Notes under the pieces: generated by a model
What the model was told of the DNA's origin: nothing
Databases searched by the model: none
The model's input: the letters and a program-made list of their open reading frames with translations, nothing else
IMG/VR virus record: IMGVR_UViG_3300029258_004380
Location: 3,558 to 67,557 of that record
DNA: 64,000 bases
DNA from: a virus
Strand: one strand, 5' to 3'
Translations under genes and position numbers: made by a program
Part shown: positions 46,981-56,163 of the stretch, one piece after another
Layout of the letters: each line of letters opens with the position of its first letter
Position numbering within the stretch: position 1 is the first letter of the stretch

Positions 46981-48099
46981 TTATCCGTCTTGGAACTTCT
47001 TGACGATCAGTTGCTGATCTAGAGACACCTCGGCCAGCCGGGCGCAGATGATCTTTGCCGCCCCACCCTTGTCATAGGGGTTTTTAAGGGCCTTCAGCGA
47101 GTCGCGAAACTCCTCGCCGGTGGCCCGGCAAATCGCGTCGCGGATGGCGACCGAATCAGCCGGCACGCTGATCACGTTCCTGGCCCGTTGACGGCCCGCC
47201 TGCCGATTGCCGACGTTGATCACCGGCAGGCCAAACGAGGCTGCCTCTACGATCCCGCTGGAGGAGTTGCCCACCATCGCCGCAGCGTTACTCATCACGC
47301 TGAAATAGACCTGCCAACCAAGGGTTTCGTAAAGTTCCGCGTTGGGGTGGCTATCGACGTACTCGCGAACCCGCCGGGACACCATGCCACCAAAGGTGTC
47401 TGTGTTCGTGCCTGTGAACAACACCGGCCGCTGGGTCATCTCCAAGGCCGCCAGCAGGTGCTCGACTTGGTATGACACGCTTTCGTATTCCAGCGTTGTG
47501 GGGTGAAAGGTGACCAAGAGGGTCTCTTCGGTCACGAAAACCCCCAGTTCGGCCAGTTCACGGCAGGTGTAAAATGACATCCCCCGACCATTGTCCAGCG
47601 AGGGCGCCCCCGAAACGGTAATCCGCCAATCCTCCTCTCCCATCTGGGCAATTCTCTGAGCACTCTGCCGAGTGGCCACAAAGTGTAGGTGGGCGAGTTT
47701 GGTGATCGAGTGCCGAAGGCTGTCGTCGATGGCCCCCCACGAGATCTCCCCGCCGTGAATGTGGGCAGTGGGGATCTTTTGTGGCAGTGCGGCCACTGCC
47801 GCCGAGTGCATCTCGTAGCGGTCGCCGCAGACCAGCAGAATGCTGGGACGGGTCCTCGCCAGGGCGTCGGCAAACCCCAGCGTGTGCAAGCCCATCGAGC
47901 GGGCGATCGCCGTAGGGCAGTCGTGCCCAGGCAACATGTCCACGACCTCATCGGCCACAAAGCCGTCAGCAAGTTGGTGGTGCCCAGCGGTAAATATCCG
48001 CAACTGCAGCGATGGGTTGCCCCGAATCGCCAGCATCACCGGCCGCAAAATCCCGTAGTCGGCCCGGTTGGTAGTAACAACGCCGATAGTTCTAGTCAT
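46981..48099 (-). CDS. hydrolysing UDP/GDP-sugar 2-epimerase (LegG/NeuC-like)
   Basis: RADYG, GDRYE, HIHGGE, RHSITKLAH.HF, GNSSSGI.EA. Confidence 0.9.
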   Translation of the reverse strand: MTRTIGVVTTNRADYGILRPVMLAIRGNPSLQLRIFTAGHHQLADGFVADEVVDMLPGHDCPTAIARSMGLHTLGFADALARTRPSILLVCGDRYEMHSAAVAALPQKIPTAHIHGGEISWGAIDDSLRHSITKLAHLHFVATRQSAQRIAQMGEEDWRITVSGAPSLDNGRGMSFYTCRELAELGVFVTEETLLVTFHPTTLEYESVSYQVEHLLAALEMTQRPVLFTGTNTDTFGGMVSRRVREYVDSHPNAELYETLGWQVYFSVMSNAAAMVGNSSSGIVEAASFGLPVINVGNRQAGRQRARNVISVPADSVAIRDAICRATGEEFRDSLKALKNPYDKGGAAKIICARLAEVSLDQQLIVKKFQDG

Positions 48100-48824
48100 G
48101 TAGTCTTCTCCAGTTTGAGAACCTCCAACTGGTCGCCAAAGATCACCGGCAATCGCGAGGCCATCTGCCGCAGCAGAGAGCACATGATCTGGCGGATCTG
48201 CCACTGGGCCCGTTTGTTCAGAGCCCGTTCGCGAAACACGTGCCGCCACTGACGGAGGTTGAACGTGCTAACCACCTCGGTCTTGGTGGCGTTGGGCAGA
48301 ACGCTGCGGGCGTCCTCGGGCGGGATGCCGTCTTCCCGAAGATCCAAATACTCTTTGTACTCTCGCCGTCTGTTATCCAGCCACTTGCATAAACGGTTGC
48401 TGTCGAGGTCCGTACCACACCCCTCGTGATCCCAGACCGACATACACCCGAGACCCGCACGATGCTCCCAAGTTCCGGGTGCTAGATATCCAATACTCGG
48501 CGGGCAAACAACCTGCAGGCCCTTCTTGCCGTAGTCGCAGTACCGCTGCGACTCCTGCGAGTACGCCGCGATCCGGTGACGGACCAGCTGGTGGGACATC
48601 GAGCGGTCGCCGATGATCCGTGCTGTATAGACCGCGTGCTCGATCACCGACTCGTGGCCGCGATTGATAATCCCGCGAATAAATTTCCCGGCCGAGTCGT
48701 CTGTGGCCTTGTCCTCGCTCTTGTAGCAGGTCCTGCCAGCGTCCTCCAACAGTCGCATGATCTCGGCATCCCAAGACACTGGGGTGATAATTTCCGCCGA
48801 GGGTTTAACAATGGTGATTTTCAT
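48096..48824 (-). CDS. thyX: FAD-dependent thymidylate synthase
   Basis: GHESVIEH, HQLVRHRIAAYSQESQRY, EDARSVLPN, AQWQIR. Confidence 0.95.
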   Translation of the reverse strand: MKITIVKPSAEIITPVSWDAEIMRLLEDAGRTCYKSEDKATDDSAGKFIRGIINRGHESVIEHAVYTARIIGDRSMSHQLVRHRIAAYSQESQRYCDYGKKGLQVVCPPSIGYLAPGTWEHRAGLGCMSVWDHEGCGTDLDSNRLCKWLDNRRREYKEYLDLREDGIPPEDARSVLPNATKTEVVSTFNLRQWRHVFRERALNKRAQWQIRQIMCSLLRQMASRLPVIFGDQLEVLKLEKTT

Positions 48825-49259
48825 TGACTGCTCCTAACCAACTGGTAAAATTCCCCCACCGAAACGTAACGCTTCCCATCCCAAACAGACCCGGCCTTGA
48901 GCACCACGCCCTCGGGCAGCGAAGTCAGGGAACTGAGGTCCAGATATCCGCCCACCTCCAACTTCCGTCCGTCGAACTTCCGCGTCACCCGGCGAAAGAC
49001 CTCCCGCCTACACTTCTCCGTCATCCACTCCGCCCACCACTCGGGCTTTTCCGCAACAAAGCGGAAATCCCCCAGCGATGTCCAGCAGGTCCCCGAACCA
49101 GGATCATCTCGACGGACGTCTGGTAGCAGTCCAGCAAACCGCCCCGTCCCTAAGATTGTGCTCGCGCCAAATCTCCTCGTGAGACGAGAAACTTTCCGAC
49201 ATGTAGATGCTGATCTCGCCGTTGGCAAAGACCACGATTGCACTCTCAAATTGATACAT
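48821..49259 (-). pseudogene. hypothetical gene split by a frameshift near 49145
   Basis: AGGAG-ATG MYQFESAIV...SHEE in one frame; C-terminus (GGYLDLSSLTSLPEG) in another, coupled to thyX. Confidence 0.55.
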
Positions 49260-49269
49260 GGAATTTCTC

Positions 49270-50559
49270 CTAGTCGTACCCGAGTACAGAAAAACAGAGT
49301 TTCTCCCAGTCGGAGTGGACCTGCAGCACGGCCCCACGAATGCCGTCGCGGTTCTTGATGATCTTCACGTTGGTGACCCCTTGAGCGTCGGAGGCGTCGT
49401 CGCGGGAGATCGACAACGCCACGTGGCAGATGTGGATCTTCTTGACGGCACCACCCACGCGATGCTGCTCAGCGTGCTGCTCTTGGGCCGCTGCCCGCTG
49501 CGCTTGGGCCACCGTCCAGCCGGGAATCTTCCAGTCCTTCATCCATGCCTCAAAAGTCAGAAAGATCTCGTTCTCCGAATCGGAGATACTGGTCCGCAGA
49601 CTAGGCGTCTCCGGGGCGCACTTGTCCAGATAATCCACCAGCACCACATCCGGGCGCCAGTTGCGGGTGGCGTAGCAGGTCTCAGCGTACTGCCGCAGAT
49701 CGCTGACCCGCGTAGAGCCCGGCGCGAACTCGTAGATGTGCACCGATCCCCGTCGCAAATAGCGGCCCACTTGGCGGTGGATCTTGCCCGCATCGGTGAG
49801 CTGGTCGCGGCGGAGGGCGGCAAAACACTGGTCCAGCCGGTCCTCGTAACTCTCGGCGCTCTCCTCTCCGGTGCAGATCAACACGTTTTTGTTCTGAAAA
49901 GTAGCCGCGCGGGCAACGTGGCACAAAAAGGTGGTCTTGCCGTCGCTGGAGAGCCGCGAGAGGAGCAGACCCACCTCGCCCCCTTTCAAGCCCGGCACCC
50001 AAGCGTCAATAGGCGGAATGCCCAGCCAGAGCCGCTGCTGGTCCTCCTCCATCCGCCGGGCAATCCGCCGGGCAGGGTCGGCCGTGTAGTCAATCCCACC
50101 ACTAAGCAACCGCCGGTCAGTGAGAACCAGCGATTTGAGCAGCTGCTCGGCACCCTCGCGGTCCCGCTTTTCCACACACTCAGCCAGCGGCAGTAGGGCA
50201 GTCTCGATCCGTTTCTGCCAGCAAAAGTCGTCAAAGACACTCTCCAGATAGCCGCGGTTCTGCAACTCAATGCGAAACAACTCGTCGCAGTAGGTGTTGC
50301 AGTTCTGGTGCGGCGACTCGCCCAGACGGCCCTGGTCCCGCAGGCGGTCGAGTTCCTCGAAGATCAGCGTCTCCGGGGCGGACTTCTCGGCGTCGTAGAA
50401 CTGCAGAATCAGACGGACGATCCGCCGCAGGGTCTCATCCTCGAAATACTCCGGTTTGACCCGCTCACGCACCACCGCCAGAAAACTGTGGTCGCGAAGC
50501 ATAAAGGCCGCAAAACACAGCTGAAAGTGGGCGCCAAATGCGAGGTCGTCTTTGGACAC
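49270..50559 (-). CDS. replicative DnaB/gp41-like helicase
   Basis: GGE...SSDGKT, TGEE, VDYLD, WTVAQ, IIKNRDG. Confidence 0.88.
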   Translation of the reverse strand: MSKDDLAFGAHFQLCFAAFMLRDHSFLAVVRERVKPEYFEDETLRRIVRLILQFYDAEKSAPETLIFEELDRLRDQGRLGESPHQNCNTYCDELFRIELQNRGYLESVFDDFCWQKRIETALLPLAECVEKRDREGAEQLLKSLVLTDRRLLSGGIDYTADPARRIARRMEEDQQRLWLGIPPIDAWVPGLKGGEVGLLLSRLSSDGKTTFLCHVARAATFQNKNVLICTGEESAESYEDRLDQCFAALRRDQLTDAGKIHRQVGRYLRRGSVHIYEFAPGSTRVSDLRQYAETCYATRNWRPDVVLVDYLDKCAPETPSLRTSISDSENEIFLTFEAWMKDWKIPGWTVAQAQRAAAQEQHAEQHRVGGAVKKIHICHVALSISRDDASDAQGVTNVKIIKNRDGIRGAVLQVHSDWEKLCFSVLGYD

Positions 50560-50562
50560 GTA

Positions 50563-50793
50563 CTACCCCCAGTTCTCGTAGGGCCGCGCGCAACTGCGAA
50601 ACTGGCGGAGCATAACATCAGAGAGGTCGGTCAGCAGTCCCAGGCAAACGTGCGAATTGCCGACGTGGTGTCGCCGGATGATCGTGTCGCCCGAAGGGCC
50701 GCCGTCAACGCAGACCATTCCCAACACAAAGTGGTGGGATCGCCGCATAAGTTCCTCAACCAACTTGTCTGTCTCAACCAATTCAAGATCCAT
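50563..50793 (-). CDS. hypothetical protein, paralogue A
   Basis: GGAG RBS; MDLELVETDKLVEEL.RR..H. Confidence 0.7.
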   Translation of the reverse strand: MDLELVETDKLVEELMRRSHHFVLGMVCVDGGPSGDTIIRRHHVGNSHVCLGLLTDLSDVMLRQFRSCARPYENWG

Positions 50794-51064
50794 TGTCTTC
50801 TCCACAGTCGTATTCAGAGTCTCTCGATCCCGGCCCTCCCTCGGCCCCCTCCGCGCGGGTCTGGTCAAGGATCTGCTGGGCCACATCTCCCAGCGCCCCG
50901 GAGATGGTGTGCCCATCGCCCGACCAATTCCACCACAGCCACGCCGAACGGCCGTCGGCCCGGTCCCGCCGCAGGATCACCACCCCGTGATCGCAGCGGT
51001 CCAAAAGTTCGTCTACCAGGGCCTCGGTTGGCACCAATTCCAGATCCAGATCCGGTTCAGCCAT
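50783..51064 (-). CDS. hypothetical protein, paralogue B
   Basis: GAGGTG RBS; DLELVPTEALVDEL..R..H. Confidence 0.7.
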   Translation of the reverse strand: MAEPDLDLELVPTEALVDELLDRCDHGVVILRRDRADGRSAWLWWNWSGDGHTISGALGDVAQQILDQTRAEGAEGGPGSRDSEYDCGEDNGS

Positions 51065-51494
51065 CGTCACCTCGCATATCAAAAACCCTCGCGTAGAGAT
51101 CCCGCAGTTGTTCCGCGTCCCGCTGCACCAGCCCCGGGTCCGCCTCCGGCAGCTTGCTCATATAGTCACCCAAGAGTTTCTTGTTCTTCAGTTGCCCCGG
51201 GTGGGGCACAGTCGGCGACAGCGTCTTGAACACAAACCGCAGGTACCCCATCCAGTGGTAGTCCATCCAACTGATCCGCCAGCCGCCAGCCTCCAGCCAC
51301 TTGCGTACCGTCTCGAAAGTCCTGAACAGCCGGTGTCGCTTGATCTGAGGGCCGCGGGCGGTGCCAAAGATCACGATCCACTGGTTGGCCAACTCCCGGC
51401 GAACCAGCTGGTATCCGGAGGCCAGCACCAGCGTGCGGCGGTCCTCATCAGAAAAGGTCCGCGCGCACTCCAGCAGTTGTCCGCCGCGTCTCAT
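51057..51494 (-). CDS. hypothetical protein
   Basis: ATGA coupling. Confidence 0.65.
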   Translation of the reverse strand: MRRGGQLLECARTFSDEDRRTLVLASGYQLVRRELANQWIVIFGTARGPQIKRHRLFRTFETVRKWLEAGGWRISWMDYHWMGYLRFVFKTLSPTVPHPGQLKNKKLLGDYMSKLPEADPGLVQRDAEQLRDLYARVFDMRGDDG

Positions 51495-52942
51495 GGCCGG
51501 TAGTTCTCCCATTTGTCGATATATTGGTCGTAGCCCTCGGCCCGCAGCGTCCTCAGCCGGTCCAGACTGGCGTCGGAGAGAAATTCGTGGGTCTTGTCCA
51601 GCACGTCGCAGTAGTCAAAATGCGTCTTGCCGGGGTAGCTGCGGCAGCCACGGCCGATAAACTGGACAGTGTCCCGTCCGGTGTTCTCGATCTGCGTGGC
51701 ATCACCCCCGCCGCGTCCGCCGGTGGCGTTGACGATGGCCCTAAGCGGCGGCAAGTCGGTCCCCGCACCCACGATCGAGGCGATCGAGACCACAACCTGC
51801 AGGCGCCCGGCGAACAGCGCCTCGAATGTCTGCTCGCGTTCAGCTTGGGGGACGTCACCAAAGATGAATTTTGTGGCAACTCCTTGCCCCTCCAACAGGG
51901 ATTTAAGTATCCGGCCGTGCCGCTTACGAGTGACTAGCATCAGAGCAGACTTCTTGTCAGCCACCAACTGCGTGCAGAAATCGCAGAACAGCTGGTTGCG
52001 AGCCTCATTGTCCACAATCAGTTCCTTGTAGACCGTCTGCCAGGGAGTCTTCTTGGGCAACGTAGGACTGTCCAGAGTGGCAAACCAGAGCCGCGGGGGC
52101 ACGCTCACGCCCCGGTCAATCAACTCCTGCTGGGAGAGGCGGTAGATCACGTCCCCGGTCATCGCCAACAGGTTCATCCCCTCCAACTCCAAGTTGGGAG
52201 TGGCCGAGAGCCCAAAGCGAAACGGTGCCGGACAGGCGGTAAAATTGTCGTACCACTGGTCGGCCTCCATGCGGTGGATCTCGTCGCCAAAGACCAGCTG
52301 GCGAGACCGGAGAAACTCGTCGAATTTCCTCCTCGCGCAGGTTTGGATCATAGCCACCACCACCTCGTCGTCGGCAGCGGCGCGGTGCCCATCGCCTAGC
52401 AGGACCACCGGACGCTGCAGGCGGGTCTCCAGCCGGTCGCGGGTCTGGTACATCAGGTGGCGAGAGTCAGTAAAAAACACTGTGGGCCGGTCGATCGACT
52501 TAATCACCGCAGCGGCGATCTCGGTCTTGCCCGCGCCGGTGGCCGCATGGACGATCCCCCGGCCGTGTGCTAGGCAAGCGTCGACGATCTCGGCCTGGTA
52601 ATCATACTTACCATCGTCCAGGCAGATCTGCGCGCCGTTGTTGCCGGCCAGCTGGTAGCAGGCGCCCTCGACTGGCTCGAACGTCTGCCAGTCCTCCAAC
52701 TGGTAGGCAACCCCCTGCTGGGTGAGAAAGTTGGTCACGCGAGAGAGAAAGCCGGTAGGAAAGTAATACTGCCCCGTCTTGCGGTGTCGTTTGACGTAGC
52801 GGTGTACGCCATCCCAGTGCCCTTTGCGCCAAGCGGGGGAAAACCAGCGGCCGGGGACCTTGTAGGAAGTCACCGGATCAAGCAGCCCACGCTGGTAACT
52901 GCCCGCAATCCAGGTCCAGACGTTGTAGGCAAGCAGACGCAC
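51491..52942 (-). CDS. SF2 helicase (UvsW-like)
   Basis: YQ, ATGAGKT, DEIH, GLSATP, Q.IGRG.R. Confidence 0.92.
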   Translation of the reverse strand: MRLLAYNVWTWIAGSYQRGLLDPVTSYKVPGRWFSPAWRKGHWDGVHRYVKRHRKTGQYYFPTGFLSRVTNFLTQQGVAYQLEDWQTFEPVEGACYQLAGNNGAQICLDDGKYDYQAEIVDACLAHGRGIVHAATGAGKTEIAAAVIKSIDRPTVFFTDSRHLMYQTRDRLETRLQRPVVLLGDGHRAAADDEVVVAMIQTCARRKFDEFLRSRQLVFGDEIHRMEADQWYDNFTACPAPFRFGLSATPNLELEGMNLLAMTGDVIYRLSQQELIDRGVSVPPRLWFATLDSPTLPKKTPWQTVYKELIVDNEARNQLFCDFCTQLVADKKSALMLVTRKRHGRILKSLLEGQGVATKFIFGDVPQAEREQTFEALFAGRLQVVVSIASIVGAGTDLPPLRAIVNATGGRGGGDATQIENTGRDTVQFIGRGCRSYPGKTHFDYCDVLDKTHEFLSDASLDRLRTLRAEGYDQYIDKWENYRP

Positions 52943-52945
52943 AGG

Positions 52946-53308
52946 TTACCTGCAGACTCTCAGGGGCGGGAGGTGGAGCACAAACGGCTGGGAGTTCTTG
53001 CCCCGCCGCTGGGGCTCGACCCAGAAAGAGACCTCCCCGTCGCGGAAGATCTCGACCTCCACTTCAAAGGTGGAGGTGCGCACATGCAAGGAAATCCCGC
53101 CGTCGGGCGTAGGGTCGATCTCTCCGGAACAGCCAAACTCATCCGCCCGCAGACCAGCCTCCTCGGCGCTCCGCTCTAGAATTCGGGCGGCGGTACGTAA
53201 AGCGGTCCGAGTAGGGGCCGGAGAGCCGTAGCCGTCCCAGCCGTCTTCAAGCGCCCTGATCTCGGCGAGCCGAACTTTCCACGCAGGTTGACTTTTTGTC
53301 TTGCTCAT
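52946..53308 (-). CDS. hypothetical protein
   Basis: L.DGWDGYGSPAP...PTPDGGI motif. Confidence 0.7.
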   Translation of the reverse strand: MSKTKSQPAWKVRLAEIRALEDGWDGYGSPAPTRTALRTAARILERSAEEAGLRADEFGCSGEIDPTPDGGISLHVRTSTFEVEVEIFRDGEVSFWVEPQRRGKNSQPFVLHLPPLRVCR

Positions 53309-53828
53309 ACTTACCATCCAGTCGAGAATCTTCGTCGCGGACCGTGCCGCGACACTCGGCCCCAAGAACCATCAGGTAGGCGTCCTCGGGCGTATCTTCG
53401 TAGTATTCGCGAAGAACGGAGACGGCGAGGAAACCGTTTTCGCGGAAAAACAACTGGGCGGGTAGGTTGGTTTCACGCACTTCGAGCACCAACCGGCTGC
53501 GGCGCTGAGACGACAGCTTGCCAATCAGCTTGGCCAGCATCTGGCTGCCCACACTCTGCCGTCGATAATCGCGGGCGACGGCGAAATTGAGTACGTGGAT
53601 TCGGGTTTTGTGCAGTTCATAGATCATGAACCCCACCACCCCGTCTTCGTGTTCGGCGACCATGCCGATGCAGTTACGCTGCCGCAAGCAGCGAATGAAA
53701 TCCTCGTCCAGCCAGGAAAACTCGAAGCTTTCGTTCTCGATGGCAAGGACTTCGGATATGTCGCGTCGGATCATCCAGCGGATGTGGACGCGCAGTTGCT
53801 CACGAGGCCGGCCACTAACCGCGCACAT
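53247..53828 (-). CDS. rimI: ribosomal-protein-alanine N-acetyltransferase
   Basis: IRWMIRRD..EVL.IE, CLRQRNCIGMVAE, LEVRETNLPAQLFF, YYEDTPEDAYLM. Confidence 0.9.
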   Translation of the reverse strand: MCAVSGRPREQLRVHIRWMIRRDISEVLAIENESFEFSWLDEDFIRCLRQRNCIGMVAEHEDGVVGFMIYELHKTRIHVLNFAVARDYRRQSVGSQMLAKLIGKLSSQRRSRLVLEVRETNLPAQLFFRENGFLAVSVLREYYEDTPEDAYLMVLGAECRGTVRDEDSRLDGKYEQDKKSTCVESSARRDQGA

Positions 53829-54405
53829 GGAAACCTCCCTCGACTCTCAGTTCGGCGGCCTTGCGGATCAGCCGGATCACGTCCATCGCATCCTCCACAG
53901 CCGTGTGCGAGACCTGTTTGTCGTACCCAGCCCGTTTTAGACAGGTCGCCATGTCGGGTAGCTGCCGATCCTCTCCGCAGCGCCACCAGAGCAGCCCCGG
54001 GTCGATCACGCGGTGGTGAAACTGCACGTCGTCGTCGAAATTCGGCAGGCGGCGCAAAAACTGCAGGTCAAAGCCCGCAAAGTTCTTACCCGCCGCAGTA
54101 ATCTTGTCGTGATACTGGTGGTGCCAGAGAAACTTGGCAAACAACTTCCCCAACTCGCCGGGTTCAACACAGAGCGCGCCCTCCGCGCCCTTCCCCGTAG
54201 CCAGAACACGAAAGATCCTTGTGTGCATTGACAAGGCGTACGCCTGCCCCTGAAACAGCCCGTGGTGGATATAGGCGTGAAACACGGGCAGGTTATCCAG
54301 CGGGGCCTGGTTGTCAAGGTCGTCAATCACGGCTGCGAACTCGATCACATCGCAGGTGGCGGGGTCAAGGCCGGTGGTCTCCAGATCAATCGATACGTAC
54401 CTCAT
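53815..54405 (-). CDS. DEDDh 3'-5' exonuclease
   Basis: IDLETTGL, GKN.A.FD..FL, ID, HTAVEDA. Confidence 0.88.
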   Translation of the reverse strand: MRYVSIDLETTGLDPATCDVIEFAAVIDDLDNQAPLDNLPVFHAYIHHGLFQGQAYALSMHTRIFRVLATGKGAEGALCVEPGELGKLFAKFLWHHQYHDKITAAGKNFAGFDLQFLRRLPNFDDDVQFHHRVIDPGLLWWRCGEDRQLPDMATCLKRAGYDKQVSHTAVEDAMDVIRLIRKAAELRVEGGFHVRG

Positions 54406-55244
54406 GCACAAAAATCCTTTCTCGGCAGCACCAGGTGCGCAGGCACCACATCGCCGTGTTCAAGGTTGCAATCAATAAGGTCCGCGCCGCAGTTGCGCAG
54501 GTTGGAAAACCCGGCCCACTGCCCGCAAGTCACATCCAGATAGCCCGGCCAAGCGATCCGTCCGTGGTCAATGTCGTAAAAGTACCCCGGCCGAGTAAGA
54601 TACTGGCAACCAGCCAGCCGGACCTCGGCCCCTGGGTTGAGGATGCAGGCCAAGTGCGCGGCGGCGGTGAGCACCGAGGCGTGGTGATACAGCGAGTAGG
54701 GCGGCTGCCTCCAGGACATCCCCCGCAAGACCACCGGCAGGCTGCAGTGGGTGGTAAACCAACTAACCGGTAGCCCACTCTGCTCGACAATCCGGCGGAT
54801 CTCCGGCAGGGCGGCAGTCTCGGAGACAAACAGCCTCAGCAACCGAGACCGCAACAAGGTGTCGCTGCGGATCACATCCAGCTGTCGCCGCAGCAGCGCG
54901 CACATCTGGGGCGTGTGTGTATCCAGCAGCATCCAGCAAGTGGGCCGAAAACCCAGCAGCCGCCAGTGCTCAGGAAAGTGGTTGACACAAAACACCCAGG
55001 GGGCGCGGTCTAGATGTTTCCGCTCGGCCAGGGTGAGGTATTTCAGCTGCCAGGAGTTGCCCAGCACGTAGGACGGCCCCAGCGGATAATTCCACTCGGG
55101 GTTCTCGGGGTGCTTGTAGCGGCAAGTGCGGTACTCGCTGGCCGCAAGTAGGTCGTTCTTGGGTAGCGGCTGCCGCGCAGACAGTCTCTCACGGACGATC
55201 TTTTGGGTCACCTCGGGGGCGCCACCCATCGTGGGTGCAGGCAT
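54402..55244 (-). CDS. Maf/DUF115-like putative nonulosonate transferase, paralogue 1
   Basis: YVLGNS, VFCVN, PT.W..LD, SVL.AA.HLA, EV.L.GC.Y, YFYD. Confidence 0.6.
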   Translation of the reverse strand: MPAPTMGGAPEVTQKIVRERLSARQPLPKNDLLAASEYRTCRYKHPENPEWNYPLGPSYVLGNSWQLKYLTLAERKHLDRAPWVFCVNHFPEHWRLLGFRPTCWMLLDTHTPQMCALLRRQLDVIRSDTLLRSRLLRLFVSETAALPEIRRIVEQSGLPVSWFTTHCSLPVVLRGMSWRQPPYSLYHHASVLTAAAHLACILNPGAEVRLAGCQYLTRPGYFYDIDHGRIAWPGYLDVTCGQWAGFSNLRNCGADLIDCNLEHGDVVPAHLVLPRKDFCA

Positions 55245-55245
55245 C

Positions 55246-56163
55246 TCAGTCTCTCCTCGTGGACAGACGCGGGAGTCTTTCCAGCCAATCCGCAACAAGT
55301 TCGAGCCAAGGACCCTCGTCCTCTCTCTCACCAACAAAGCCGACGGGATAGCGGCAGACGCCCACATCGATCTCGTACCGCTGCCTGATCGCCTCAGCCA
55401 CAAAGCGGTACCCGCCACGAAACAGCGCGATCCTGACCATTTTCTGAAATTCAATCATGAACCGGGCCGCCAGACTCGCGTCACCGCCGAGAAACGCCCT
55501 TCGCACCTGCGAGCACTCCGGCCCAAAGACACCGAAGAAGGTGCCGATAGCTCCCACCGCTCCGGAGAGCGCGGCGTGGCAGAAGACCTCGTCGTGGCCG
55601 CTGAACAGCCGCAGCCGGTCTCCTGCATAGCCGTGAATCAGACCAAACTGGTTGAGGTCCCCGGTGGTGATTTTCATGCCCGCAATCGTGGGAATCTCCA
55701 ACAGTTCACCGACGTAGTCGCAAACATCAAGCAAAGACTTCTTAACTAAGTCGATCTGGTAGATGTACAACGGCAACGAACACGCCTCAGAGATCTGGCG
55801 GTAGTGCCCAAAAACGGCACGCATGGGCAGGTCGTAGTAGACCGGCCCCACCGCAGAGATCGCGTCGGCCCCGATCCGCTCGGCATGTAGCGCCAGCCTA
55901 ACAGCCTCAGAGGTGGTCATCGCACCCACGTGGACAAACACCGGCAGCCGGCCGGCTGCGGCGTCGACGACCGTAGCTGCAAACTCCTGCCGCTCCTCGG
56001 TGGAGAGCAAAAGACCCTGGCCGGTGCTGCCGAGGATATACAGCCCACCCAGTTGCTGGTCGCAGTACACGTCCACCAGCTTTCGGGCGGCCGTATGGTT
56101 GAGCCTGCCCGAATCTGTCATCGGCGTAACCATTGCGGGCCAGACCCCGGCGTCATAAATCAT
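55246..56163 (-). CDS. nanA: N-acetylneuraminate lyase (DapA family)
   Basis: GLYILGSTG, IYQI, GMKIT, FSGHDE, GAIGTF. Confidence 0.8.
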   Translation of the reverse strand: MIYDAGVWPAMVTPMTDSGRLNHTAARKLVDVYCDQQLGGLYILGSTGQGLLLSTEERQEFAATVVDAAAGRLPVFVHVGAMTTSEAVRLALHAERIGADAISAVGPVYYDLPMRAVFGHYRQISEACSLPLYIYQIDLVKKSLLDVCDYVGELLEIPTIAGMKITTGDLNQFGLIHGYAGDRLRLFSGHDEVFCHAALSGAVGAIGTFFGVFGPECSQVRRAFLGGDASLAARFMIEFQKMVRIALFRGGYRFVAEAIRQRYEIDVGVCRYPVGFVGEREDEGPWLELVADWLERLPRLSTRRD

